Of a stretch of DNA of 32,000 nt, positions 23,491-31,240 are shown piece after piece (the stretch's first letter is position 1; each line of letters opens with the position of its first letter). The DNA lies in the NCBI GenBank assembly GCA_045580365.1, contig JAZNNP010000010.1, positions 14,384 to 46,383 of the forward strand. The letters run 5' to 3'. The translations under genes and the position numbers were made by a program. The DNA comes from Faecousia sp. GTDB lineage: Bacteria; Bacillota; Clostridia; Oscillospirales; Oscillospiraceae. A model generated the notes under the pieces. That model did no database searches. It saw only the letters and a program-made list of their open reading frames with translations, and was not told the origin of the DNA.

Positions 23491-23721
23491 GATAATGGGA
23501 TTCGAAAGGCCGTTAAGAAAAGTGTCCGGGGGACACTTTTTAGGCCGTGGGAGAATCCTTTGGTTCGGGGACGCGGTCCGCAGGATCGTGGACACGAATC
23601 AAATTGGCAAGAACCGTGCAAGGGCACATGAGGGGGGTATCCTCTCTTTTTCTGATAATGGGATTCGAAAGGCCGTTAAGAAAAGTGTCCGGGGGACACT
23701 TTTTAGGCCGTAGGGGAATCC
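23473..23721 (+). repeat. Tandem duplication, about 1.5 copies of a 163-bp unit
   Basis: 23473..23558 and 23636..23721 are 86 nt each and identical at 84/86 positions. Each carries the hairpin gtgtcc-ggg-ggacac plus ttttt. Copy 1 starts inside the 3' arm of the tRNA-operon terminator. Confidence 0.9.
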
Positions 23722-23726
23722 AGCTT

Positions 23727-23827
23727 GTCATCCCGACCAAGGCGCAGCCGCGTGGAGGGATCTTCCCACGGAATATCTGCACAGCAGGTGGGGAATGCGT
23801 AGATCCCTCGGCTACGCTCGGGATGAC
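23727..23827. repeat. 101-nt imperfect palindromic element
   Basis: The arms gtcatcccga...agccg...gagggatc and gatccctc-ggct-acgc-tcgggatgac pair as 10 + 5 + 8 bp around a central segment of about 39 nt. Confidence 0.6.
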
Positions 23828-23855
23828 AGGATTTACGGTAGGGCGTGAAAGAAAA

Positions 23856-23884
23856 TTGCCATATGGACGCAAGTGTGCTATAAT
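23856..23884 (+). promoter_or_regulatory. Sigma-A type promoter for alaX
   Basis: TTGCCA (23856..23861), 17-nt spacer, TGcTATAAT (-10 hexamer at 23879..23884). Confidence 0.55.
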
Positions 23885-23905
23885 CGTTCCAAAGGAGTGG
23901 TTCGT

Positions 23906-25036
23906 ATGCGGAAACTATATTATGAAGACAGCCATTTGACGGAATTTGAAGCCACGGTCTTAACCTGCGTCCCGGCAGAAGGCGGCTGGCACATCACCCT
24001 GGATGCCACCGCATTTTATCCCGAGGGCGGCGGACAGGCCTGCGACATGGGCGCCCTGGGGGGTGTGCAGGTGCTGGATGTGCAGGAAGAGGGGGACCGG
24101 ATCCTCCATCTGTGCGACGGCCCCCTGGAGGTCGGCCAGAAAGTGCAGGGCCGCATCGATTGGGACCGGCGGTTCGACCTGATGCAGCAGCACACCGGTG
24201 AGCATATCGTGTCCGGTTTGCTCCATGAAAAATTCGGCTACCACAATACGGGGTTTCATGTGGGCCAGGATGTGATGGAAGTGGACTTTGACGGGCCCAT
24301 CTCCCCCGAAGACCTGGCCGAGATCGAACGGCGGGCCAATGAAGCGGTGTGGGCGGATATTCCTCTGAAATACTGGATCCCCGACCCGGCAGAGTTGGAA
24401 ACGGTCACTTACCGCACCAAGCGGGCGTTGCCCTGGCCGGTGCGGATCGTCCAGGTGCCGGGATATGATTCCTGCGCTTGCTGCGGCATTCATGTGCAGC
24501 GCACCGGCGAGGTGGGCCTGATCAAGATTCTGTCCTGCGTCCGGCTTCGGGGCGGTGTGCGGCTGGGCATGGTCTGCGGCCGCAGAGCCTATGGCCACAT
24601 GGTAAAGATCTTTGAAGAAAACCGGGCGGTGAGCCAGACTTTTTCCGCCCATATGGAAGCCACCGGCGATGCCGCCCGGCGGATGAATGAAGCCCTGGCG
24701 GCGGAAAAGCAGAAAAACAGCGCCCTTCTGGGGCGGATCTTCCAGAATATTGCCGCCGGCTATGCCGGGCAGGAGGATGTGCTCCATTTTGAAGAAGGCC
24801 TGGAACCGGGGCAGGTGCGGCTGCTGGCGGATCAGATCGCCGGGGTCATCACCGGCCGGTGCGCCGTGTTTTCCGGGGGCAGTTATTGCCTGGCTGCCCG
24901 GCAGGGAGACCTGCGGCCGCTGAACAAGGCAATGACGGAAGCGCTGGACGGCCGGGGCGGCGGAAAGCCCAATTTCCAGCAGGGCAGCGTCCGGGCCACC
25001 CGGGAGCAGATCCAATCATTTTTCGCAGCATTGTGA
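23906..25036 (+). CDS. alaX: Alanyl-tRNA editing protein (AlaX-type; AlaRS N-terminal-like + editing domain)
   Basis: Start at MRKLYYEDSHLTEF (RBS aaaggag). Motifs are TAFYPEGGGQACDMG and the zinc motifs HTGEH and CCGIH. Confidence 0.8.
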   Translation: MRKLYYEDSHLTEFEATVLTCVPAEGGWHITLDATAFYPEGGGQACDMGALGGVQVLDVQEEGDRILHLCDGPLEVGQKVQGRIDWDRRFDLMQQHTGEHIVSGLLHEKFGYHNTGFHVGQDVMEVDFDGPISPEDLAEIERRANEAVWADIPLKYWIPDPAELETVTYRTKRALPWPVRIVQVPGYDSCACCGIHVQRTGEVGLIKILSCVRLRGGVRLGMVCGRRAYGHMVKIFEENRAVSQTFSAHMEATGDAARRMNEALAAEKQKNSALLGRIFQNIAAGYAGQEDVLHFEEGLEPGQVRLLADQIAGVITGRCAVFSGGSYCLAARQGDLRPLNKAMTEALDGRGGGKPNFQQGSVRATREQIQSFFAAL

Positions 25037-25109
25037 TGATGCGGGAGATTTTGTAGCATCTATGGAATAACTTTCGATAAAAAAGCACCTATTTATGCAA
25101 AAATCCCCC

Positions 25110-25138
25110 TTTACAATCAGAACCAATTATTGTATAAT
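25110..25138 (+). promoter_or_regulatory. Sigma-A type promoter for gap
   Basis: TTTACA (25110..25115), 17-nt spacer, TATAAT (25133..25138) preceded by TG. Confidence 0.6.
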
Positions 25139-25221
25139 GCTTTATGTATGGGGTTCAAAAAACCCATAAAAAACGTAACATATACTGCGAAAAGCAGTAA
25201 TTTGAAATGGAGGAAATTCCC

Positions 25222-26244
25222 ATGTCTGTTAAAGTTGCTATTAACGGTTTCGGTCGTATCGGCCGTCTGGCTTTCCGTCAGATGTTCGGTGCTGAGGGCT
25301 TCGAGGTTGTTGCCATCAACGACCTGACCTCTCCCAAGATGCTGGCTCACCTGCTGAAGTATGACTCCACTCAGGGCGCTTACGCTGCTCCCTTCGGCAC
25401 TCATACTGTCGAGGCTGGCGAGGATCACATCGTTGTCGACGGCAAGAAGATCACCATCTACGCCAAGGCTAACGCTGCGGAGCTGCCCTGGGGCGAGCTG
25501 GACGTGGACGTTGTCCTGGAGTGCACCGGCTTCTACACCAGCAAGGCTAAGGCTCAGGCGCACATCGACGCCGGCGCCAAGAAGGTCGTTATCTCCGCTC
25601 CTGCCGGCAACGACCTGCCCACCATCGTTTACAATGTCAACCACGAGACTCTGACTCGCGACGACCACATCATCTCCGCCGCTTCCTGCACCACCAACTG
25701 CCTGGCTCCCATGGCGAAGGCTCTGAATGACCTGGCTCCCATCGAGTCCGGCATTATGTGCACCATCCACGCTTACACCGGCGACCAGATGATCCTGGAC
25801 GGCCCCCAGAGAAAGGGCGACCTGCGCCGCTCCCGCGCCGGCGCGATCAACATCGTGCCCAACTCCACCGGCGCTGCCAAGGCTATCGGCCTGGTCATCC
25901 CCGAGCTGAACGGCAAGCTGATCGGCGCTGCTCAGCGTATCCCCACTCCCACCGGCTCCACCACCATCCTGAACGCTGTGGTTGCTAAGGAAGTCACCAA
26001 GGAAGAGATCAACGCTGCCATGAAGGCTGCTCAGACCGAGTCCTACGGCTACACCGAGGACGAGATCGTCTCCTCCGACATCGTCGGCATGACCTTCGGC
26101 TCCCTGTTCGATGCTACCCAGACCATGGTCAACAAGCTGCCCGGCGGCATGACCCAGGTCCAGGTCGTTTCCTGGTACGACAACGAGAACTCCTACGTTT
26201 CTCAGATGGTCCGCACCATCAAGCACTTCTCCACTCTGCTGTAA
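25222..26244 (+). CDS. gap: Type I glyceraldehyde-3-phosphate dehydrogenase
   Basis: Start at [15 protein letters not shown] (RBS ggagga). The active-site block [12 protein letters not shown] is present, and codon choice is strongly biased (GCT, TCC, CTG, GGC), typical of a highly expressed gene. Confidence 0.95.
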   Translation: MSVKVAINGFGRIGRLAFRQMFGAEGFEVVAINDLTSPKMLAHLLKYDSTQGAYAAPFGTHTVEAGEDHIVVDGKKITIYAKANAAELPWGELDVDVVLECTGFYTSKAKAQAHIDAGAKKVVISAPAGNDLPTIVYNVNHETLTRDDHIISAASCTTNCLAPMAKALNDLAPIESGIMCTIHAYTGDQMILDGPQRKGDLRRSRAGAINIVPNSTGAAKAIGLVIPELNGKLIGAAQRIPTPTGSTTILNAVVAKEVTKEEINAAMKAAQTESYGYTEDEIVSSDIVGMTFGSLFDATQTMVNKLPGGMTQVQVVSWYDNENSYVSQMVRTIKHFSTLL

Positions 26245-26268
26245 TTCAGTAAGATCAAGAAGCACTTC

Positions 26269-26302
26269 GCCCCTGCACCCAATCGGTGCAGGGGCGTTTT
26301 TT
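26269..26302 (+). terminator. Rho-independent terminator after gap
   Basis: cgcccctgcacc-caat-cggtgcaggggcg followed by tttttt. Confidence 0.85.
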
Positions 26303-26336
26303 GATCCTTGGCCTTTCCGGGCCGGGGCAGAGAACC

Positions 26337-26365
26337 TTGACCCGGGGCGGAAAGTATCGTATACT
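26337..26365 (+). promoter_or_regulatory. Sigma-A type promoter for PPTase-tatD
   Basis: TTGACC (26337..26342), 17-nt spacer, TATACT (26360..26365). Confidence 0.5.
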
Positions 26366-26387
26366 AGGGGCAAAGGGGGTGCAGGGG

Positions 26388-26828
26388 ATGAAAATGACTT
26401 GGGCCCGGCTGGATGGCCGGGACGGCCACATCGTGGGCCGGGAATTGCTCCGGGAATTGGTGGGCCGGTTGCCGCCCATCCTGGTGACGGCGCAAGGAAA
26501 ACCCTATTTCGGGGAAGGAAACCTGCATTTTTCCATTTCCCACACCGAAAACCATGCCTTTTGCTGCGTTTCGGAGAAAAATATCGGCATTGACGCAGAA
26601 GAAATGGATCGCTCCATCAGCCCCGCGCTGCGGCGGATGTGCAGCCCCGGGGAATTGACCCGCTGCCACACCGATCGGGACATCCTGCGGCTGTGGGTGC
26701 TGAAAGAAAGTTGGGCGAAGCTGACGGGCCGGGGCCTGGGCAACTATTTGAAGGACACAGATTTTTGCCCCGATGATCCCCGTATTTTGGAGATCGACGG
26801 CTGTTTCGTGGCCGTTATGGAGGAATGA
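26388..26828 (+). CDS. Sfp-type 4'-phosphopantetheinyl transferase
   Basis: Start at MKMTWARL (ATG 26388). Motifs are GKPYF, FSISHT, GIDAE and WVLKESWAKLTG. The listed start at 26286 lies inside the gap terminator. Confidence 0.75.
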   Translation: MKMTWARLDGRDGHIVGRELLRELVGRLPPILVTAQGKPYFGEGNLHFSISHTENHAFCCVSEKNIGIDAEEMDRSISPALRRMCSPGELTRCHTDRDILRLWVLKESWAKLTGRGLGNYLKDTDFCPDDPRILEIDGCFVAVMEE

Positions 26829-26830
26829 GG

Positions 26831-27598
26831 ATGCTTTTTGATACACACGCGCATATGGATGACCGTGCATTTGACCAGGACCGGGAGGAATTGCTGGCAA
26901 GACTGCCGCAGGAGGGCATCGGCCTGCTGATGAACCCGGGCTGCAACCTGGCTTCTTCCCGGAATGCGGTGGCGCTGGCCCGGCAGTATGACTATATTTA
27001 TGCCGCCGTGGGCGCCCACCCCGATTCTGCCGACGCGGTCAATGAGGAGACCCTGGAAGAATACAGAAAATTATGTAAACTAAATCCGGAAAAGGTAAAG
27101 GCCATCGGGGAGATCGGCCTGGATTATCATTATGAGGATATTCCCCGTCAGTTGCAGAAGAAGGCCTTCATCGCCCAAATGGAGCTGGCCCGGGAACTGG
27201 ATCTGCCGGTCATCGTCCATGAGCGGGATGCCCATGAGGACGGCCTGGCCATCGTCAAGGGGTTCCCGGAGGTCAAAGGCGTGTTCCACTGCTTCTCCGG
27301 TTCGGCAGAGCTGGCCCGGCAACTGACGGATCTGGGCTGGTATATCGGTTTCACCGGGGTGCTGACCTTCAAAAATGCCCGCCGGGCCATCGAGGCCGCC
27401 CAGGCCATCCCCCTGGAGCGGATCGTCATCGAAACGGATTGTCCCTATATGTCCCCCGAGCCTTTCCGGGGTCGGCGGAATGATCCGGGAAAGATTTACC
27501 GCATGGCGGAAAAATTGGCCGAGATCCGGGGCATTTCTCCGGAGGAAGCCCGCCGCATCACCATGGAAAACGGCAAGCGGCTGTACCGTATCCCCTGA
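26831..27598 (+). CDS. tatD: TatD-family metal-dependent hydrolase/DNase
   Basis: MLFDTHAHMDD, GEIGLDYHY, HERDAHED, HCFSGS and ETDCPYM motifs. ATG 26831 is preferred (ggagg 7 nt upstream); ATG 26825, overlapping the PPTase stop, is the alternative. Confidence 0.88.
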   Translation: MLFDTHAHMDDRAFDQDREELLARLPQEGIGLLMNPGCNLASSRNAVALARQYDYIYAAVGAHPDSADAVNEETLEEYRKLCKLNPEKVKAIGEIGLDYHYEDIPRQLQKKAFIAQMELARELDLPVIVHERDAHEDGLAIVKGFPEVKGVFHCFSGSAELARQLTDLGWYIGFTGVLTFKNARRAIEAAQAIPLERIVIETDCPYMSPEPFRGRRNDPGKIYRMAEKLAEIRGISPEEARRITMENGKRLYRIP

Positions 27599-27605
27599 AA
27601 CGTGC

Positions 27606-27633
27606 AAAGTCCGCAGCGTCTGCTGCGGACTTT
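27606..27633 (+). terminator. Terminator hairpin after tatD
   Basis: aaagtccgcagc-gtct-gctgcggacttt gives a 12-bp stem with a short U-tract. Confidence 0.6.
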
Positions 27634-27656
27634 ACACAAGAAAGAGGAGAGGAAAA

Positions 27657-27713
27657 ATGAAAAATGAAGAATTTGAATCGTTTGATATCATTGTAATTTT
27701 TATTTGTGAATAA
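27657..27713 (+). CDS. Possible 18-aa micro-ORF (MKNEEFESFDIIVIFICE)
   Basis: It has a strong RBS (agaggagagg, about 5 nt spacing to the ATG) and sits in an unusually AT-rich spacer. There is no homology evidence, so it may not be translated. Confidence 0.2.
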   Translation: MKNEEFESFDIIVIFICE

Positions 27714-27803
27714 AAAAAGTGAATATTTGTTAAGAAAGTTTGAAGTTGTGTGAAAAAAGAATGTTTTTCACCGGTGGACGGTTTCGCCGGGGAAAGAAAT
27801 TCC

Positions 27804-27832
27804 TTTACATTAAGCCCATTTTGGGGTAGAAT
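27804..27832 (+). promoter_or_regulatory. Sigma-A type promoter for the 112-aa gene and gluQ
   Basis: TTTACA (27804..27809), 17-nt spacer, TAGAAT (27827..27832). Confidence 0.55.
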
Positions 27833-27855
27833 GATGAAAAAGGAGGTGCGTCCGA

Positions 27856-28194
27856 ATGGATGACAAGCAGAAAGAATTGGATCGCATCCAGAAAGCCCTG
27901 CTGGCGGAGGAAGATGATCAGCCGCTGGAGGATATTTTGAATGACGAGGAACTCAATGCGTTGCTGAACGATGAGCCTGCCCCCGCTTTTGACGATCCGG
28001 AGGAGATCCGGGATCCCAAGCGCCAGGGGTATCAGAATTTTGCCAACAACTATGGCAATGATCCGAAAGAAGAAACAGAGGAAGACCGGAAGGCGCTGAA
28101 TGAAAAGGTGATCCTGGGTCTGATGATCACGGCCAGCGTGCTGTGCCTGGGCATTATCGGCGTGCTGGGTTACTGGCTGGGCGTGCTGCTGTGA
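27856..28194 (+). CDS. Hypothetical acidic, C-terminally membrane-anchored protein
   Basis: RBS aaaggagg. A highly acidic N-terminal region of about 85 aa (EEDDQPLEDILNDEELNALLNDEP...) precedes a single C-terminal TM helix (VILGLMITASVLCLGIIGVLGYWLGVLL). The stop overlaps the gluQ GTG start (GTGA). Confidence 0.6.
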   Translation: MDDKQKELDRIQKALLAEEDDQPLEDILNDEELNALLNDEPAPAFDDPEEIRDPKRQGYQNFANNYGNDPKEETEEDRKALNEKVILGLMITASVLCLGIIGVLGYWLGVLL

Positions 28195-29087
28195 GCGGCC
28201 CGGTCGGCCGGTTTGCGCCCACCCCTTCGGGGCGGATGCACCTGGGTAATGTATTTGCCGGGCTTGTGGCCTGGCTGTCCGTTCGCAGTGCCGGCGGCGA
28301 GATGGTGCTGCGGATGGAAGATCTGGACACCGCCCGCACCAGCGGCGAATTTGCCCAAATTTTGCGTGAGGATCTGACCTGGCTTGGCTTGGATTGGGAT
28401 CGGGAAACGCCGCCCCAATCGGCCCGGAGCCAGGTGTATGACCGCTATTTTGATATTCTGCGGCAGCAGGAACTGCTGTACCCCTGCTATTGCACCCGCA
28501 GCCAGCTCCACAGTGTCAATGCGCCCCACCTCTCCGACGGCACTTATGTCTATCCCGGCACTTGCCGGAATTTGCAGACGCCGCCGGTGGACCGGGCCCC
28601 GTCCTGGCGGGTAAAAGTGCCGGACCGGCTGTGGCAGGTGGAGGACCGGGTCCAGGGCCATTATGAAGAGAATCTGGCGGTGGATTGCGGCGATTTTGTG
28701 GTCCGCCGGGCCGACGGCGTGTATGTGTACCAGCTGGCGGTGACGGTGGATGACGGCGAAGCCGGCGTCACGGAAGTGGTGCGGGGCATGGATCTGCTGA
28801 GTTCTGCCCCCCGGCAGATGTATCTGCAGGAGCTGTTTGGTTTTCCCCATCCGGAATATGGCCATGTGCCCATGCTGATGGCGCCGGATGGCCGGCGGCT
28901 GAGCAAACGGGACCGGGATCTGGATCTGGGGCAGCTGCGGCTGCGGATGAAGCCGGAGGAATTGATCGGCATTTTGGCGTTCAGCAGCGGCCTTATCGAC
29001 AAAAACCAGGCCATTTCGGCCCGGGAGCTGGCGGGGGAATTTTCCTGGGCCAAGCTGAAAAAGGAAGATATTTACTTAACGATTTGA
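28191..29087 (+). CDS. gluQ: tRNA glutamyl-Q(34) synthetase (GluQRS, truncated GluRS paralogue)
   Basis: GRFAPTPSGRMHLGN (HIGH-like) and RLSKRD (KMSKS-like) motifs, plus a Cys cluster (YPCYCTRS...YPGTCR). It has no anticodon-binding domain. The start is taken as GTG 28191, overlapping the upstream stop; the listed start at 28143 would overlap the preceding TM segment. Confidence 0.82.
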   Translation: MSGPVGRFAPTPSGRMHLGNVFAGLVAWLSVRSAGGEMVLRMEDLDTARTSGEFAQILREDLTWLGLDWDRETPPQSARSQVYDRYFDILRQQELLYPCYCTRSQLHSVNAPHLSDGTYVYPGTCRNLQTPPVDRAPSWRVKVPDRLWQVEDRVQGHYEENLAVDCGDFVVRRADGVYVYQLAVTVDDGEAGVTEVVRGMDLLSSAPRQMYLQELFGFPHPEYGHVPMLMAPDGRRLSKRDRDLDLGQLRLRMKPEELIGILAFSSGLIDKNQAISARELAGEFSWAKLKKEDIYLTI

Positions 29088-29104
29088 TGGATTTTGGAGG
29101 AAGC

Positions 29105-30037
29105 ATGATGTCTAAGAAACCGGTATTGGTGGTCATGGCCGCCGGCATGGGCAGCCGCTACGGCGGTTTGAAGCAGATCGACCCCGTGGGCAGCCAGGGG
29201 GAAGCGATCCTGGATTTTTCCCTGTTCGATGCCCACGAAGCGGGCTTTGAAACGGCGGTGATCATCATTAAGGAAGCCATCCGGGCGGACTTTATGGCCA
29301 CCGTGGGCAAGCGGCTGGAAAACTGCCCCATGGAGATCCGCTATGCCTACCAGGAGCTGGATAAACTGCCGGAGGGCTATGCCGTTCCTGCGGAACGCAC
29401 CAAGCCCTGGGGTACTTGCCACGCGGTGATGTGCGCCGCGGAGGCCATTGACGGCGCGCCTTTTGCGGTGATCAATGCCGACGATTACTATGGAAAGTCC
29501 GCTTTCCGGACCATTTTTGACCATTTGACCCAGGCCTGCGATACGGACAAGTATGACTACTGCATGGTGGGCTATCGGCTGGATAAGACCGTTACGGACA
29601 ACGGCAGTGTGGCCCGGGGCGTGTGCCAAACGAATGAAGCCGGATTTCTGACCGCCATCGTGGAGCGCACCCAGATCGAAAAGTATCCCGGCGGCATCCA
29701 CTTTACGGAAGATGGCGGCGCGACCTGGACAGACCTGCCCGGAGATACCGTGGTGTCCATGAATATGTGGGGCTTCACCCCCGGCTTCCTGGAGGAGATC
29801 GAAAATCGTTTCCCCGCTTTCCTGGATCGGGCGCTGGCGGAAAATCCGGCCAAGGGCGAATTTTATCTGCCGCTGGCAGTGGAACAGTTGCTCAGCGAGG
29901 GCAAGGCCACGGTGCGGGTGCTGGCTTCCCAGGATCGGTGGTACGGCGTGACCTATGCCGCCGATAAGCCCCAGGTGGTGGCCGCCCTGCGGCAGATGAC
30001 CGCCGACGGCCTCTATCCCGACGGGTTGTGGGGATGA
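29105..30037 (+). CDS. Sugar-phosphate nucleotidyltransferase family protein
   Basis: Start ATG 29105 (RBS ggaggaagc). N-terminal signature VVMAAGMGSRYGGLKQ and NADDYYG. The substrate cannot be assigned from sequence alone. Confidence 0.7.
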   Translation: MMSKKPVLVVMAAGMGSRYGGLKQIDPVGSQGEAILDFSLFDAHEAGFETAVIIIKEAIRADFMATVGKRLENCPMEIRYAYQELDKLPEGYAVPAERTKPWGTCHAVMCAAEAIDGAPFAVINADDYYGKSAFRTIFDHLTQACDTDKYDYCMVGYRLDKTVTDNGSVARGVCQTNEAGFLTAIVERTQIEKYPGGIHFTEDGGATWTDLPGDTVVSMNMWGFTPGFLEEIENRFPAFLDRALAENPAKGEFYLPLAVEQLLSEGKATVRVLASQDRWYGVTYAADKPQVVAALRQMTADGLYPDGLWG

Positions 30038-30056
30038 GAAAACCGTAGGTGAATAA

Positions 30057-30092
30057 CCCCGGCGGATCTTTGGGTCTGCCGGGGTATTTCTT
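30057..30092 (+). terminator. Rho-independent terminator after nucleotidyltransferase gene
   Basis: ccccggcgga-tctttggg-tctgccgggg followed by tatttctt. Confidence 0.6.
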
Positions 30093-30096
30093 CCTC

Positions 30097-30125
30097 TTGA
30101 GAAACAGATCACGATGTGATATGAT
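30097..30125 (+). promoter_or_regulatory. Sigma-A type promoter for GH25 gene
   Basis: TTGAGA (30097..30102), 17-nt spacer, TGaTATGAT (-10 hexamer at 30120..30125). Confidence 0.5.
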
Positions 30126-30146
30126 GTCGAAAAAGGGGGGATGACC

Positions 30147-30953
30147 ATGTCTGCAAAAACAAAAGCCTTGCTGACCCGGCTGGGGATCGCCGCTGTTGCG
30201 CTGGCAGTGGTCGTGGCCCTGCTTTTGACCCTGGCAAAGCCCGATGGGCCGGAGCCTGCCCCCACCGATCCGCCTCCACCCACAGAACCGACCTTGCCGC
30301 CCAGCCTGTACGACAGCGGCGATTTTGCCCTGGATGGAGAATTTTTGACCTGCTCCGCCGCAGAAACGTTGCTGGGTATCGATGTGTCCCGATACCAGGA
30401 AGAGGTGGATTGGGCGAAAGTGAAGGCCGCAGGCATCGATTTTGTCATCGTCCGCCTGGGCTACCGGGGCTATGAAACGGGCCTTTTGAACGAGGATCCC
30501 TACGCCCGGCAGAATCTGCAGGGCGCCCGGGATGCAGGGCTTCTGGTGGGCGCGTATTTCTTCAGCCAGGCATTGACGGAGGAGGAAGCCCGGGAAGAGG
30601 CATTGTTCTGCCTGGAGATTTTGGAGGGATTCCCTCTGGATCTGCCTTTGACTTTTGATTGGGAAGTGCAAAAGCGGACGGAAAACGCCGACGGCGTCAC
30701 CGTCACCGCCTGCGCCCGGGCCTTCTGCGATGAAGTTTCGGCGGCAGGCCGCACCCCCATGATCTATTTCAACCCCCATCAGGCGGCAACCCTTTTTGAC
30801 CTGCACCAACTGACGGATCTTCCCTGGTGGCTGGCCATGTACGATGTGGGCCGGGAATTTCCCTGCCGGTTCGACCTTTGGCAGTATACCTGCACCGGCA
30901 AGGTGGACGGCATCAAGGGTAATGTGGATATCAATATTTTGATCAAGGAATGA
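30147..30953 (+). CDS. GH25-family muramidase (lysozyme) with N-terminal membrane anchor
   Basis: GIDVSRYQEEVDW, FVIVRLGYRG, GAYFF, DWE and LWQYT...GNVDIN blocks. N-terminal TM helix LGIAAVALAVVVALLLTLA, then a Pro-rich linker. ATG 30147 is preferred over 30141 on RBS spacing. Confidence 0.85.
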   Translation: MSAKTKALLTRLGIAAVALAVVVALLLTLAKPDGPEPAPTDPPPPTEPTLPPSLYDSGDFALDGEFLTCSAAETLLGIDVSRYQEEVDWAKVKAAGIDFVIVRLGYRGYETGLLNEDPYARQNLQGARDAGLLVGAYFFSQALTEEEAREEALFCLEILEGFPLDLPLTFDWEVQKRTENADGVTVTACARAFCDEVSAAGRTPMIYFNPHQAATLFDLHQLTDLPWWLAMYDVGREFPCRFDLWQYTCTGKVDGIKGNVDINILIKE

Positions 30954-30962
30954 AATCAAAAT

Positions 30963-30999
30963 AATCACCGCCGTACGGGTTCGTACGGCGGTGTGCGTT
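30963..30999. repeat. 37-bp direct repeat, copy 1 (contains a bidirectional terminator hairpin)
   Basis: aatcaccgccgtacgggttcgtacggcggtgtgcgtt is identical to 31476..31512. The hairpin caccgccgtacg-ggtt-cgtacggcggtg spans 30966..30993. Confidence 0.95.
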
Positions 31000-31147
31000 A
31001 TTCCTGTTCCAATTCTTCCAAATGCTTTTTCAGAACAATGTTGATGTACTGCGACAGAGACCGGTCGTCATAGTCCGCCAGTTCCCGGAGCTTTTCCAGG
31101 ATATCTCCGTCAATGGTTATGCTGATCTTTTCTTTCAACGGTCTCAT
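30998..31147 (-). CDS. Ribbon-helix-helix (CopG/Arc-like) small DNA-binding protein, 49 aa (not in the ORF track)
   Basis: Read by hand: MRPLKEKISITIDGDILEKLRELADYDDRSLSQYINIVLKKHLEELEQE. RBS gaggtg lies 7 nt before ATG 31147. The beta-strand (KISITID) plus two-helix pattern is typical of RHH antitoxins/repressors. Confidence 0.65.
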   Translation of the reverse strand: MRPLKEKISITIDGDILEKLRELADYDDRSLSQYINIVLKKHLEELEQE

Positions 31148-31192
31148 ATCGACTCACCTCGCGATAACTATACCACGATGTCCCACAAAATA

Positions 31193-31221
31193 TTGACAAG
31201 TAGCATAAAGTAGGATATACT
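31193..31221 (+). promoter_or_regulatory. Sigma-A type promoter for the XRE gene, with overlapping inverted repeat
   Basis: TTGACA (31193..31198), 17-nt spacer, TATACT (31216..31221). AGTAG-N6-CTACT and a second AGTAG copy overlap the spacer and -10. Confidence 0.55.
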
Positions 31222-31240
31222 ACTACCAAGAGGTGATCTG

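Noticed and set aside
23200-23830. Integrated mobile element at the tRNA-His 3' end
   Set aside because: Direct repeats exist, but they enclose only 77 nt. There is no integrase, excisionase or cargo, and the repeat does not include the tRNA 3' end itself. It is kept only as a low-interest scar or duplication finding.
23162-23939. Several 64-130-aa ORFs over the tRNA cluster and downstream repeats (for example 23366..23713 and 23547..23939)
   Set aside because: They read through tRNA genes, terminators and the tandem duplication. The repeated peptide (GFERPLRKVSGGHFLGR) simply reflects the DNA repeat.
25222-26244. gap gene has visibly different codon usage (GCT/TCC/ACC/CTG-rich) from its neighbours, which could suggest horizontal transfer
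   Set aside because: The bias is the classical translational-selection signature of a very highly expressed glycolytic gene. GC content is not anomalous, and the gene has a strong native-style promoter and terminator.
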